A stretch of 64,000 nucleotides of DNA from an uncultured Pseudomonadota bacterium. GTDB lineage: Bacteria; BMS3Abin14. The notes beneath the pieces were generated by a model, which had not been told where the DNA came from, searched no databases, and saw only the letters and a list, made by a program, of their open reading frames with translations. Location of the stretch: the NCBI GenBank assembly GCA_964454175.1, contig CAYVSA010000001.1:22170-86169 (forward strand), given 5' to 3'. Every line of letters begins with the position of its first letter. The first letter of the stretch is position 1. Below, one piece after another: positions 28,425 to 37,689 of this stretch. A program made the position numbers and the translations under genes.

Positions 28425-29423
28425 ATGATCTGCCCGGAATGCAATCTGCTCATACCGGAGGACAGCCGGTTCTGCAAGGAGTGCGGCTATAAACTGGAGG
28501 CCAGTGTGGAGGAGCGTGATGCTCTCTCCAACCAGGAAAAGGCGGAGAAGCTTTACCGGGAGGGTATCGTCCAGTACCACCAGGGTCAGTTTGACGAGGC
28601 TATTTCACTTTGGGACGAGGCGGTTGGTCTTATTCCGGACTTTCAAATGACGAACTACTACCGGGGAGTGGCGTACTACGACAAGGGCATGCTGTCTGTT
28701 GCCATGGAGTGCTTTAAAAAATCTGAGGCTTCGCATCCCACCTCCTCTGCTGTCCACTACCGTCTTGGTCTGACTTATTATGCATTGGGGCTTTTAAGCG
28801 AATCTGAATACCACTTCAAGAAAGTGGAGGCACTGATACCCAATACCGCCCAGATCCACTACAGGCTGGGCCTTCTGTACCAGAAAAACGCGGCCCTGGA
28901 CGAGGCCGTTTCAGAACTGCTGAAATCACTGGAATTTTCACCTGACTTTGCCAGAGCTTACTTCACACTCGGAGTGACTTATTTCCAGAAGGGAATGCTT
29001 GCCGAAGCAGCCGAGGCGCTGCGCAAAGTTGTGGATATTTCACCGAGATATGTCATGGCCTACTATCACCTGGGCATTGTGCTGTTTCACAAGGGCAACC
29101 TTCCCGAAGCCATCAAGGCATTTGACGAGGCGGTTCTGCTGTCCCCGAACTTCACGGCGGCCTACTACCACCTGGGAGTGTCCCACGCCAGGAAGGGTGC
29201 CCACGAAGATGCAGTGTCAAGCTTCATCAAGGTGAACGGTCTGGACCCCATGGATTCCTCAGCTCTCTACCACCTTGGGAACAGTTATGTGCATCTGGGG
29301 ATGCTGGACAAGGCTGAAGATACACTGCAGGAGGCACTGAGGCTTAACCCCGACAACTCCGAGGCCTACTTCCTCCTTGAAAAGGTTGGAGAGATCAAGC
29401 GCTCCGGGGCGTTGGAGTACTAG
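28425..29423 (+). CDS. Zinc-ribbon plus TPR-repeat protein
   Basis: CPEC...FCKECG followed by about 8 TPRs (AYYHLG...A); RBS GGAGG before ATG 28425. Confidence 0.9.
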   Translation: MICPECNLLIPEDSRFCKECGYKLEASVEERDALSNQEKAEKLYREGIVQYHQGQFDEAISLWDEAVGLIPDFQMTNYYRGVAYYDKGMLSVAMECFKKSEASHPTSSAVHYRLGLTYYALGLLSESEYHFKKVEALIPNTAQIHYRLGLLYQKNAALDEAVSELLKSLEFSPDFARAYFTLGVTYFQKGMLAEAAEALRKVVDISPRYVMAYYHLGIVLFHKGNLPEAIKAFDEAVLLSPNFTAAYYHLGVSHARKGAHEDAVSSFIKVNGLDPMDSSALYHLGNSYVHLGMLDKAEDTLQEALRLNPDNSEAYFLLEKVGEIKRSGALEY

Positions 29424-29435
29424 GGGCAAAAAAAT

Positions 29436-30455
29436 ATGGATAACACAACCATGTACATACTTCTTTCTCTTTTCAAGATCGTTCTGGTCCTTGCCATAAC
29501 GCTGACTTCGGTCCCGATAATGGTCTGGGTGGAGAGGAAGGTGTCCGGCCACATCCAGAACAGGCACGGACCGCTCTACGTTGGGCCCTTCGGGCTGCTG
29601 CAGCCCTTTGCCGACGTTGCCAAGCTGCTCCTTAAGGAAGACATTATACCCACCGAGGCGGACAAGGTGCTTTACGTTCTGTCGCCGCTCATGTCCTTTG
29701 TACCGGCGCTTCTGACTTTTGCGGTCATACCCATCGGGCCGCACCTGAACATAACAGACATCAACATCGGCATAGTCTACGTTCTGTCCGTTTCATCGCT
29801 GGGTGTATACGGGCTTGTTATGGCAGGGTGGTCGTCCAACAATAAATACGCCCTCCTGGGCGGTCTCAGGTCAGCGGCGCAGATGATAAGCTACGAGATA
29901 ACCCTGGGGCTGTCCATTATAGGCGTTCTTATGTACTCCAGGTCACTTTCAATGGTCAGGATCGTGGAGATGCAGGCAGACACGTGGTTCGTCCTGCCCC
30001 AGTTCCTGGGATTCATTCTGTTTCTCGTGGCATCTTTTGCAGAGACCAACAGGCTGCCCTTTGACCTTCCGGAGGCGGAACAGGAGCTCATAGCGGGCTA
30101 CCACGTCGAGTATTCCAGCCTCAAGTTCGCCCTGTTCTTCCTTGCCGAGTACGTTGCCATGCTCTCGGCTTCGTGTCTTATCGTCACCCTTTTCTGGGGG
30201 GGCTGGCTGCCGATCCCTTACATCGGACCGCTGGTGGAGGGCCTCCTGCCGCAGGTTGTAGTAATGTACGTAATGCCTATCCTGTGGTTCCTGGTTAAGG
30301 TTGCTTTCTTCATGTTCTTCTTCGTGTGGGTTCGCTGGACCTTCCCCAGGCTGCGTTACGACCAGCTGATGTCACTCGGCTGGAAAGTGCTGCTTCCCCT
30401 GGCGGTATTAAACGTTTTCATCTCTGGCGTCATCAGGATGTCGGGAGTTATGTAG
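29436..30455 (+). CDS. nuoH: NADH-quinone oxidoreductase subunit H
   Basis: ERKVSGHIQNRHGP, ETNRLPFDLPEAEQEL and PRLRYDQLM. Confidence 0.97.
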   Translation: MDNTTMYILLSLFKIVLVLAITLTSVPIMVWVERKVSGHIQNRHGPLYVGPFGLLQPFADVAKLLLKEDIIPTEADKVLYVLSPLMSFVPALLTFAVIPIGPHLNITDINIGIVYVLSVSSLGVYGLVMAGWSSNNKYALLGGLRSAAQMISYEITLGLSIIGVLMYSRSLSMVRIVEMQADTWFVLPQFLGFILFLVASFAETNRLPFDLPEAEQELIAGYHVEYSSLKFALFFLAEYVAMLSASCLIVTLFWGGWLPIPYIGPLVEGLLPQVVVMYVMPILWFLVKVAFFMFFFVWVRWTFPRLRYDQLMSLGWKVLLPLAVLNVFISGVIRMSGVM

Positions 30456-30466
30456 GAGACTGACTA

Positions 30467-30913
30467 TTGGGTTTGATCACGAATATATTCCAGACTGACC
30501 TTTTAAAAGGTCTTTCACTGACACTCAAGAACTTCTTCGTTCGGCCTGTCACCCTGAGGTACCCGGAAGAGAAGTGGGAGATGCCCGAACGGTTCAGGGG
30601 CGCCCAGGTGCTCAAGAGGCACGAAGATGGAAAAGAACGATGTGTGGGCTGCGGCCTGTGTGGGGAGATCTGTCCTTCCAGCGCTATTACTATTGTCACC
30701 TCGGAGGGAGTTGACCACGCAAAGAAGATAGACTTCTACCAGGTCGATCTTGGCCTTTGCATCTACTGTGGTTTCTGCGAGGAGGTTTGCCCGGTCAACG
30801 CAGTTTTCATGGGTAAGGATTACGAGCTGTCTGTGACCGATCCCGGCAGGCTCAAAGTTTCCAAAGAACAGATGCTCGAGAAGGGGGACTCCCCCCGATA
30901 CGATAAACTCTAG
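30467..30913 (+). CDS. nuoI: NADH-quinone oxidoreductase subunit I
   Basis: VTLRYPEE and two CxxCxxCxxxCP motifs. Confidence 0.95.
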   Translation: MGLITNIFQTDLLKGLSLTLKNFFVRPVTLRYPEEKWEMPERFRGAQVLKRHEDGKERCVGCGLCGEICPSSAITIVTSEGVDHAKKIDFYQVDLGLCIYCGFCEEVCPVNAVFMGKDYELSVTDPGRLKVSKEQMLEKGDSPRYDKL

Positions 30914-30920
30914 GGAGTTA

Positions 30921-31436
30921 GTGATGGGCCTTCAGGACATATTTTTCTACTATTTTGCCATCGTATCCGTTGTTACTGCTCTGCTGGCGGTCTCTCGATA
31001 CAATCCTGTCCACTCGGTGCTGTTCCTGGTTCCCTGCTTTTTCCACATAGCGGGGCTGTTCGTGCTGCTGGGGGCAGAGTTCCTGGCTGCCATCCAGATA
31101 CTGATCTACACAGGTGCCATCATGGTCCTGTATCTGTTTGTCATCGCCCTGCTTAACCTCTCAGGCATCAGGGGACGCAAGATCACTCACCGGCAGAGTT
31201 TCCTCGCGGCCATCGCCGTGCTGGTCCTTGTTGTCCAGCTCGTAGTGCTGGCTATCACAGCGACCTTCCCCGGGCCTTTCGAGAAATTCGCGTCGGCGTC
31301 GTTTCTGGGTAACACAGAGGCGGTGGGGTCGGTGATGTATACAACCTTCCTGTTCCCCTTCGAACTGGCTTCCCTGGTTCTGCTCGTCGCTATTTTCGGG
31401 GCGGTTGTCCTTGCCAAGAGGGAGGCGGGTGAATGA
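30921..31436 (+). CDS. nuoJ: NADH-quinone oxidoreductase subunit J
   Basis: [30 protein letters not shown] and PFELAS. Confidence 0.95.
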   Translation: MMGLQDIFFYYFAIVSVVTALLAVSRYNPVHSVLFLVPCFFHIAGLFVLLGAEFLAAIQILIYTGAIMVLYLFVIALLNLSGIRGRKITHRQSFLAAIAVLVLVVQLVVLAITATFPGPFEKFASASFLGNTEAVGSVMYTTFLFPFELASLVLLVAIFGAVVLAKREAGE

Positions 31437-31735
31437 TCACACTGACCCACTATCTGGTGCTGGCCGCTATTATTTTCCTGATCGGAGTTCTCGGTGTGCT
31501 CATGAGGCGCAACATCATCATAATTCTCCTGTCAATTGAACTGATGCTCAACGCCGTCAATATCAACCTTGTGGCCTTCTCACATTACTTTCACAACATG
31601 GCTGGCCAGGTTTTCGTGTTTTTCGTTCTTACCGTTGCCGCTGCAGAAGCTGCGGTGGGATTGGCTATTGTCGTCGCACTCTTCCGCAACCGCGAGACGG
31701 TCAACGTGGATGAGATCAACCTGATGAAGGGCTAG
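31433..31735 (+). CDS. nuoK: NADH-quinone oxidoreductase subunit K
   Basis: [14 protein letters not shown] and [11 protein letters not shown]. Confidence 0.97.
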   Translation: MITLTHYLVLAAIIFLIGVLGVLMRRNIIIILLSIELMLNAVNINLVAFSHYFHNMAGQVFVFFVLTVAAAEAAVGLAIVVALFRNRETVNVDEINLMKG

Positions 31736-31746
31736 GAGATCAAACG

Positions 31747-33681
31747 ATGTTAGAAGCTGTAGCCCTGGTTCCTCTTTTTCCGCTGTTGGCGGTGCTGACA
31801 AACCTCCTGCTTGGCAGAAGGCTGTCGAGGGCTGCCGTGGGTGTTCTGGCCTGCGGAGCGCTCGCAGCGTCATTCCTGGCTTCGGTAGTTGCAGTGTTCG
31901 GCCTGGCTACGGCAGAGCATGGGGCCAGGTCTTTTACCTACACGCTCTACGAGTGGATCGGCTCCGGGAGCTTCACCCTGGACCTGGGATTGTTACTGGA
32001 CCCACTCTCGGCGGTGATGATCCTGGTGGTGACCGGCGTTGGGTTCTTGATCCACGTCTACAGCATCGGCTACATGCACCACGACGAGGGTGTAAGGAGA
32101 TATTTCCTCTACCTCAACCTCTTCGTTTTTGCCATGCTCCTGCTCGTGCTCGGAGACAGCTACCTGCTCATGTTTGTCGGCTGGGAGGGAGTTGGCCTTT
32201 GCTCCTACCTGCTCATCGGGTTCTGGTTTAAAAAAGAGAGTGCAAGCTCAGCCGGCCGCAAGGCCTTCGTGGTTAACAGGGTGGGGGACTTCGGTTTCAT
32301 CCTTGGCATGCTTCTCATCACCGTCAAATTCGGTACCCTGTCTTACAATGAGATCTTCGCCAATGCCGGGCACCTGTTCGCCAAGGGTGATCCCACGGTG
32401 ACAATAATAACGCTCCTGCTCTTTGTGGGGGCCACAGGGAAGTCCGCCCAGCTTCCCCTGCACGTCTGGCTTCCAGACGCAATGGAGGGCCCGACCCCGG
32501 TTTCGGCCCTCATCCATGCTGCAACAATGGTTACTGCCGGCGTCTACATGATCTGCCGGAGCCATGTTCTTTACGAACTCGCACCACTGTCCATGACGGT
32601 GGTTGCTGTCATAGGTGTCACCACTGCCTTCTTTGCCGGGACTATCGCCCTTGTACAGAACGACATCAAGAGGGTGCTTGCCTATTCCACGGTGAGCCAG
32701 CTCGGATATATGTTCCTTGCTGCAGGCGTGGGCGCCTACACTGCCGCTATCTTTCACCTCATGACCCACGCTTTTTTCAAAGCCCTTCTCTTTATGGGTT
32801 CGGGCAGCGTTATACACGGCCTGGACGGAGAACAGGACATTCGTAAAATGGGCGGCTTAAAGGACATTATGCCCGTCACACACAAGACGTTCCTCATTGC
32901 TTCCCTCGCCATATCGGGGATCCCGCCGCTTGCCGGGTTCATGTCAAAGGATGAGATACTCTACTCGGCATTTAACTCCAGTCATGGCGGCGGAGCAGGG
33001 TTTATATTGTGGCTGGTGGGAATAATCACAGCGCTCATGACCGCTTTTTACATGTTCAGGCTTGTTTACAGGACTTTTTACGGTGAATCGAGGCTGGATC
33101 CTGAAGTCGCCAAACACGCTCACGAATCACCTCCAGTAATGACAGTGCCGCTTTCGATACTGGCTTTCCTTTCCATAGTGGGTGGTTTCGCGGGTGTACC
33201 CATATTCAAAAAGTTAAACATCATGCACAACTGGCTGGGCCCGTTGTTCGAGGCAGTAGCGGAACACGGGGCAGATGCAGCCGAGACAGCACACCACCTT
33301 TCTACCGAGCTGGGCCTCATGGGACTGTCGGTCCTGGTGGCGGCAGGGGGCATAGGTCTTGCGTTCCTCATCATCCTGCGCAAGCCGGAAGTGTCCGAGG
33401 AGCTGAGAAACGATTACAGTTTCCTCTACGACCTGTTCCTTAACAAGTGGTGGGTCGACGAACTGTACGACACGGTAATCATAAAACCCCTCAGGGCAGT
33501 ATCCCGTTTCTTCTGGACGGATTTCGACGTCAAGCGGATAGACGGGGTTCTTCACGGGACTGCCGAGGCCGCACAGCGTTCCGGCGGGTTCCTGGCAAGC
33601 CTGCAGACGGGTTTTGTGCAGAACTACGCACTGGTGATGACTGTCGGCGTAGCCCTGATGCTTGTGCTGGCCTTCTTTTAG
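31747..33681 (+). CDS. nuoL: NADH-quinone oxidoreductase subunit L
   Basis: GKSAQLPLHVWLPDAMEGPTPVSALIHAATMV. Confidence 0.97.
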   Translation: MLEAVALVPLFPLLAVLTNLLLGRRLSRAAVGVLACGALAASFLASVVAVFGLATAEHGARSFTYTLYEWIGSGSFTLDLGLLLDPLSAVMILVVTGVGFLIHVYSIGYMHHDEGVRRYFLYLNLFVFAMLLLVLGDSYLLMFVGWEGVGLCSYLLIGFWFKKESASSAGRKAFVVNRVGDFGFILGMLLITVKFGTLSYNEIFANAGHLFAKGDPTVTIITLLLFVGATGKSAQLPLHVWLPDAMEGPTPVSALIHAATMVTAGVYMICRSHVLYELAPLSMTVVAVIGVTTAFFAGTIALVQNDIKRVLAYSTVSQLGYMFLAAGVGAYTAAIFHLMTHAFFKALLFMGSGSVIHGLDGEQDIRKMGGLKDIMPVTHKTFLIASLAISGIPPLAGFMSKDEILYSAFNSSHGGGAGFILWLVGIITALMTAFYMFRLVYRTFYGESRLDPEVAKHAHESPPVMTVPLSILAFLSIVGGFAGVPIFKKLNIMHNWLGPLFEAVAEHGADAAETAHHLSTELGLMGLSVLVAAGGIGLAFLIILRKPEVSEELRNDYSFLYDLFLNKWWVDELYDTVIIKPLRAVSRFFWTDFDVKRIDGVLHGTAEAAQRSGGFLASLQTGFVQNYALVMTVGVALMLVLAFF

Positions 33682-33780
33682 GTAATATTTTTGAGGTCAG
33701 GTAATGACGGCTTTGACGAAAACATGACGGCCGGAAAATAACAGACGCACTTAAACGAAAAAAGGACTGAGAAGGAATAA

Positions 33781-35373
33781 ATGGAAACACTTAACATGCC
33801 AATCTTATCGGCGATCGTCTACCTTCCAGCTGTTGGTGCGCTCCTGCTGGCCCTCTTTGTGCCGGGCCGTAAAACAGGGCTGGTGAAGAAGGTCGCCCTG
33901 GGTGTTGCTCTGGCTGATTTCGTACTGTCTCTTCTGCTCCTCGCAAGGTTCAACGTCGGGTCCGGCGACTTTCAGCTAGTTGAAAGAGTGAACTGGATTT
34001 CCGGGATTGGGATCCAGTACCTGATGGGTGTTGACGGAATAAGCCTGCTCCTGGTCCTGCTCACAACAATGCTGGGGGCTCTGGCAATACTCTCGTCTTT
34101 CACGGCCATCACCGACAGGGTGAAGGAGTACATGGTATGCCTGCTCCTTCTGCAGACCGGTATGCTGGGTGTGTTTTTCGCCCTTGATATAGTGCTCTTT
34201 TACGTGTTCTGGGAAGTTATGCTAATTCCCATGGCGCTGCTCATCGGTATATGGGGAGGCCCGAGGCGGGTCTATGCTGCGGTTAAGTTCTTCCTGTACA
34301 CGCTCGTCGGGTCCCTTTTCATGCTCATCGGCTTCCTGGTCATCTATTTTTCCTATCATTCAGCCACCGGGATCTACACTTTTGACCTGACGCGGCTGAT
34401 GGCGGCCGATTTCCCGTCAAACGTGCAGACATGGGCCTTCTGGGCGCTGTTTCTTGGCTTTGCCATCAAGGTGCCGCTCTTCCCGTTCCACACATGGCTC
34501 CCTGATGCTCACGTTGAGGCACCCACTGCGGGCTCTGTGATCCTGGCAGGCGTACTGCTCAAAATGGGAACCTACGGATTCATACGTTTTTCAATTCCCG
34601 TCCTTCCGGAGGCCTCCATTAAAGCGGTTCCGGCCATCGCTACCCTCTCAATAATCGGCATCATTTACGGGGCCCTCGTTGCCTGGGTGCAGCATGATGT
34701 GAAGAAACTGGTAGCTTACTCTTCGGTGAGTCACCTTGGATTCGTGATGATCGGGCTGTTCACCTTCACTATCCAGGGCATTCAGGGCAGTGTCCTTCAG
34801 ATGATCAACCACGGCATTTCAACCGGTGCACTGTTCCTCCTGGTCGGAGTACTATACGAGCGGCGCCATACAAGGATGATGGACGATTTCGGTGGTCTTG
34901 CTGCACAGCTGCCGCTTTTTGCCGCTGTCTTCGGGATAGTCACATTCTCTTCAATCGGTCTGCCGGGACTGAACGGATTTATCGGGGAGTTCCTGATACT
35001 CCTTGGCACCTTCAAGGCAGGCATGTACGGGTTTGGAGCGCTCGCTGCCACGGGGATCATCCTTGGAGCTGTGTACATGCTGCACATGTACAAGAACGTC
35101 ATGTTCGGCGAGATCGTACACGATGAAAACAAAAAGATATCAGATTTCAATTTCAGGGAGATCATAACACTGGCCCCCCTGGTAGTACTCATTTTCTGGG
35201 TTGGCCTTTATCCCAAGCCGTTTCTGAATATCCTGGAGCCCTCGGTAACCAGGGTCGTGGTAAGAATGGACACGGCAAGGAGCGGGATGGAGCAACTTAA
35301 AAACGACAAGACCGGCGAAGTTCAAGTGGCTGGGACCGAAGACCTGCACATCGCTGTCGATAATAGGGAGTAG
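33781..35373 (+). CDS. nuoM: NADH-quinone oxidoreductase subunit M
   Basis: KVPLFPFHTWLPDAHVEAPTAGS and AYSSVSH. Confidence 0.97.
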   Translation: METLNMPILSAIVYLPAVGALLLALFVPGRKTGLVKKVALGVALADFVLSLLLLARFNVGSGDFQLVERVNWISGIGIQYLMGVDGISLLLVLLTTMLGALAILSSFTAITDRVKEYMVCLLLLQTGMLGVFFALDIVLFYVFWEVMLIPMALLIGIWGGPRRVYAAVKFFLYTLVGSLFMLIGFLVIYFSYHSATGIYTFDLTRLMAADFPSNVQTWAFWALFLGFAIKVPLFPFHTWLPDAHVEAPTAGSVILAGVLLKMGTYGFIRFSIPVLPEASIKAVPAIATLSIIGIIYGALVAWVQHDVKKLVAYSSVSHLGFVMIGLFTFTIQGIQGSVLQMINHGISTGALFLLVGVLYERRHTRMMDDFGGLAAQLPLFAAVFGIVTFSSIGLPGLNGFIGEFLILLGTFKAGMYGFGALAATGIILGAVYMLHMYKNVMFGEIVHDENKKISDFNFREIITLAPLVVLIFWVGLYPKPFLNILEPSVTRVVVRMDTARSGMEQLKNDKTGEVQVAGTEDLHIAVDNRE

Positions 35374-35388
35374 GGGAGAGCAAGGCTG

Positions 35389-36858
35389 ATGCTGACGATA
35401 CTTCTTCCGGATTTCAGGGTTATCGCACCGGAGCTGATACTGACTGGCACTGCTTTTGCGGTGATACTGTGGGAGCTTATCACCCGCGTAAAGGACCATA
35501 CAGTTTCAGCCATGATCTCAGCTGCAGGCGTTCTGGCTGCCCTGGCTGTTGCGGTAAAGTACTCAAGCCTGGTTATCTCAACATTTTCTGGAACCATCGT
35601 TCTCGACCCCTATGCGTCATTTTTCAAAGTAATTTTCCTCTTCGGGCTGATCCTCACGATCACGATTTCTCTGCGGTATATAAAGGATGGCGGCACAGCT
35701 GACCACGCCGAGTACTATGCTCTTTTACTCCTTGCCACAGTGGGTATGATGGTGATGGCCATCGGACGCGAGCTGGTAACCATCTTTCTGGGTCTTGAAC
35801 TTCTGTCCATGTCCCTTTACATTCTTGCCGGGTTTTTCAGGGATGACGGCAGATCGAACGAAGCGGCGGTCAAATACTTTATCCTGGGATCCTTTGCCAC
35901 CGGTTTCATGCTCTTCGGGATGTCATATGTCTACGGCGTTGCTGGCAGTACCCACCTGAAATCTATCGCTTCCATTCTTTCACAACACCCCGGGGCATTA
36001 AAATCCAATGCACTGCTCCTGGGGATGTTCATGATCATAATGGGGTTCGGGTTCAAGGTGTCTGTTGTGCCTTTCCACCAGTGGACACCTGATGTTTATG
36101 AAGGTGCCCCAACGCCGGTGACCGCTTTCATGTCTGCCGGGCCGAAAGCTGCCGGGCTGGCCGCACTTATCAGGATTCTAATGGAAGCCATGCCCCAGCT
36201 GATGGGGAAATGGGAACTCCTGTTGACGATCCTGGCCATCCTGACCATGACGCTGGGCAACCTCGGTGCCCTGGCACAGAAGAACATTAAACGCATGCTG
36301 GCTTATTCGTCCATCGCCCACGTGGGATACATCATGATCGGCATCGTTGCTTCCGTGAATGGGCGTTTTGACAGGGCTCTTTCCTCGGTGTTGTTTTACC
36401 TCCTGGCCTATACTTTCATGAACATCGGTGCTTTCGGGATATTGATATTCATGAAGCGTGAAGGAGTGAAGGGAGATAACCTTGAAGACTTCACGGGCCT
36501 TTCACGCAGAGCACCAGGAGTGGCCCTGGCCATGCTCGTCTTTTTGTTTTCTTTGGCGGGGATACCTCCAACAGCGGGCTTTGCTGCAAAATTGTCTATA
36601 TTCTACGCTGCTGTCCAGGGAGGCTACTATACGTTAGTCGTGATCGGCATCCTGAACAGCGCGGTCGCAGCTTACTACTACCTGAGAGTGATCGTTGTCA
36701 TGTATATGCAGGAACCTTCCACCCAGGAAGGTTTCTCTGGCACCTCGCCGCTCCTGTGGGCGGGAATTTTCATTGCTCTTGCCGGCACGCTGGTCCTGGG
36801 AATACTTCCCGGCGGCGTCCTGGAAGCGGCCCGCCTGTCCGTCATGTCCCTCCTCTAA
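35389..36858 (+). CDS. nuoN: NADH-quinone oxidoreductase subunit N
   Basis: EAAVKYFILG, PFHQWTPDVYEGAP and KRMLAYSSIAH. Confidence 0.97.
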   Translation: MLTILLPDFRVIAPELILTGTAFAVILWELITRVKDHTVSAMISAAGVLAALAVAVKYSSLVISTFSGTIVLDPYASFFKVIFLFGLILTITISLRYIKDGGTADHAEYYALLLLATVGMMVMAIGRELVTIFLGLELLSMSLYILAGFFRDDGRSNEAAVKYFILGSFATGFMLFGMSYVYGVAGSTHLKSIASILSQHPGALKSNALLLGMFMIIMGFGFKVSVVPFHQWTPDVYEGAPTPVTAFMSAGPKAAGLAALIRILMEAMPQLMGKWELLLTILAILTMTLGNLGALAQKNIKRMLAYSSIAHVGYIMIGIVASVNGRFDRALSSVLFYLLAYTFMNIGAFGILIFMKREGVKGDNLEDFTGLSRRAPGVALAMLVFLFSLAGIPPTAGFAAKLSIFYAAVQGGYYTLVVIGILNSAVAAYYYLRVIVVMYMQEPSTQEGFSGTSPLLWAGIFIALAGTLVLGILPGGVLEAARLSVMSLL

Positions 36859-37044
36859 AAAGTAATTTCTCCTGGTTCATCTTTAGAGCAGCCCCTATCG
36901 TACGGTGCGGTGCTACTAAATCGTGTATTCAGTTTTGAGACCAGAGTCAATCCATCAGAAGGTGTTTTCAAAAAGGTATGCGGTCCACCACCGGCACTTC
37001 ACGCGCGTGGTGCTTGAGGCGCACTGACTGGGCCGAGACTGGTT

Positions 37045-37392
37045 TTAACCGGGTTCTTCCAGCGAGAGGCGGCTGTGGACGTATTCGTCAAGCAAATCTG
37101 CATCCTGCTGGCTTATATCCTGGAACTGGATACCCATTCCCGGCGGGCCGGCGGCGGTGGCCATATTTCTGCTCCAGGCAACGGAGCCCGTCACATTGAA
37201 AGAGTGACCAGCGTCGGGCAGGTAGAAGTTGATCTGCAGGAGAGCGCCGGGTTTTAAAGGCGAGAAGGTTTCGATAAAAAGGCCCCCTCTACTGATGTTC
37301 AGGATATACTCAGTGACGTCCTCGGCTACTTCGCCGAAGCTGACTTCAACATATAGGGGTACTCTTGGGTGTCTGCGCTGCTCAGAGTACAT
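37045..37392 (-). CDS. Single-domain PilZ protein (c-di-GMP receptor)
   Basis: RRHPR (RxxxR) and NISRGG (D/NxSxxG) motifs; GMGIQF. Confidence 0.9.
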   Translation of the reverse strand: MYSEQRRHPRVPLYVEVSFGEVAEDVTEYILNISRGGLFIETFSPLKPGALLQINFYLPDAGHSFNVTGSVAWSRNMATAAGPPGMGIQFQDISQQDADLLDEYVHSRLSLEEPG

Positions 37393-37689
37393 TTTTCTTT
37401 CTCCTGTCAGTTTGATAAGGTGGGGCAGCTTTGTCTGTTTAGCGGACCTTTATGTAACTTATACATGTTTGGTACTCTTCTTTCACTAATTTTTATCGTT
37501 CGGTTTCGCTTTCCCCAAGCTGATAAAATCAAGTTGGTTGACCTTGAACAGGGTTATTAGTAAAAGATAATTGGAAGGGACAGGATATTGTAGTTACCAG
37601 CTATTTTACTCAGGCCGCCTTCTGTACCGGCAGGTATATCCGTTTTTCCGAAAATTGTTGATAAACGCGTCAGGGTCCCATGGATCGAG

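Noticed and set aside
33682-33780. 99-nt gap between nuoL and nuoM with a repeated ATGACGGC
   Set aside because: Only very short ORFs and an 8-nt repeat; no convincing structure
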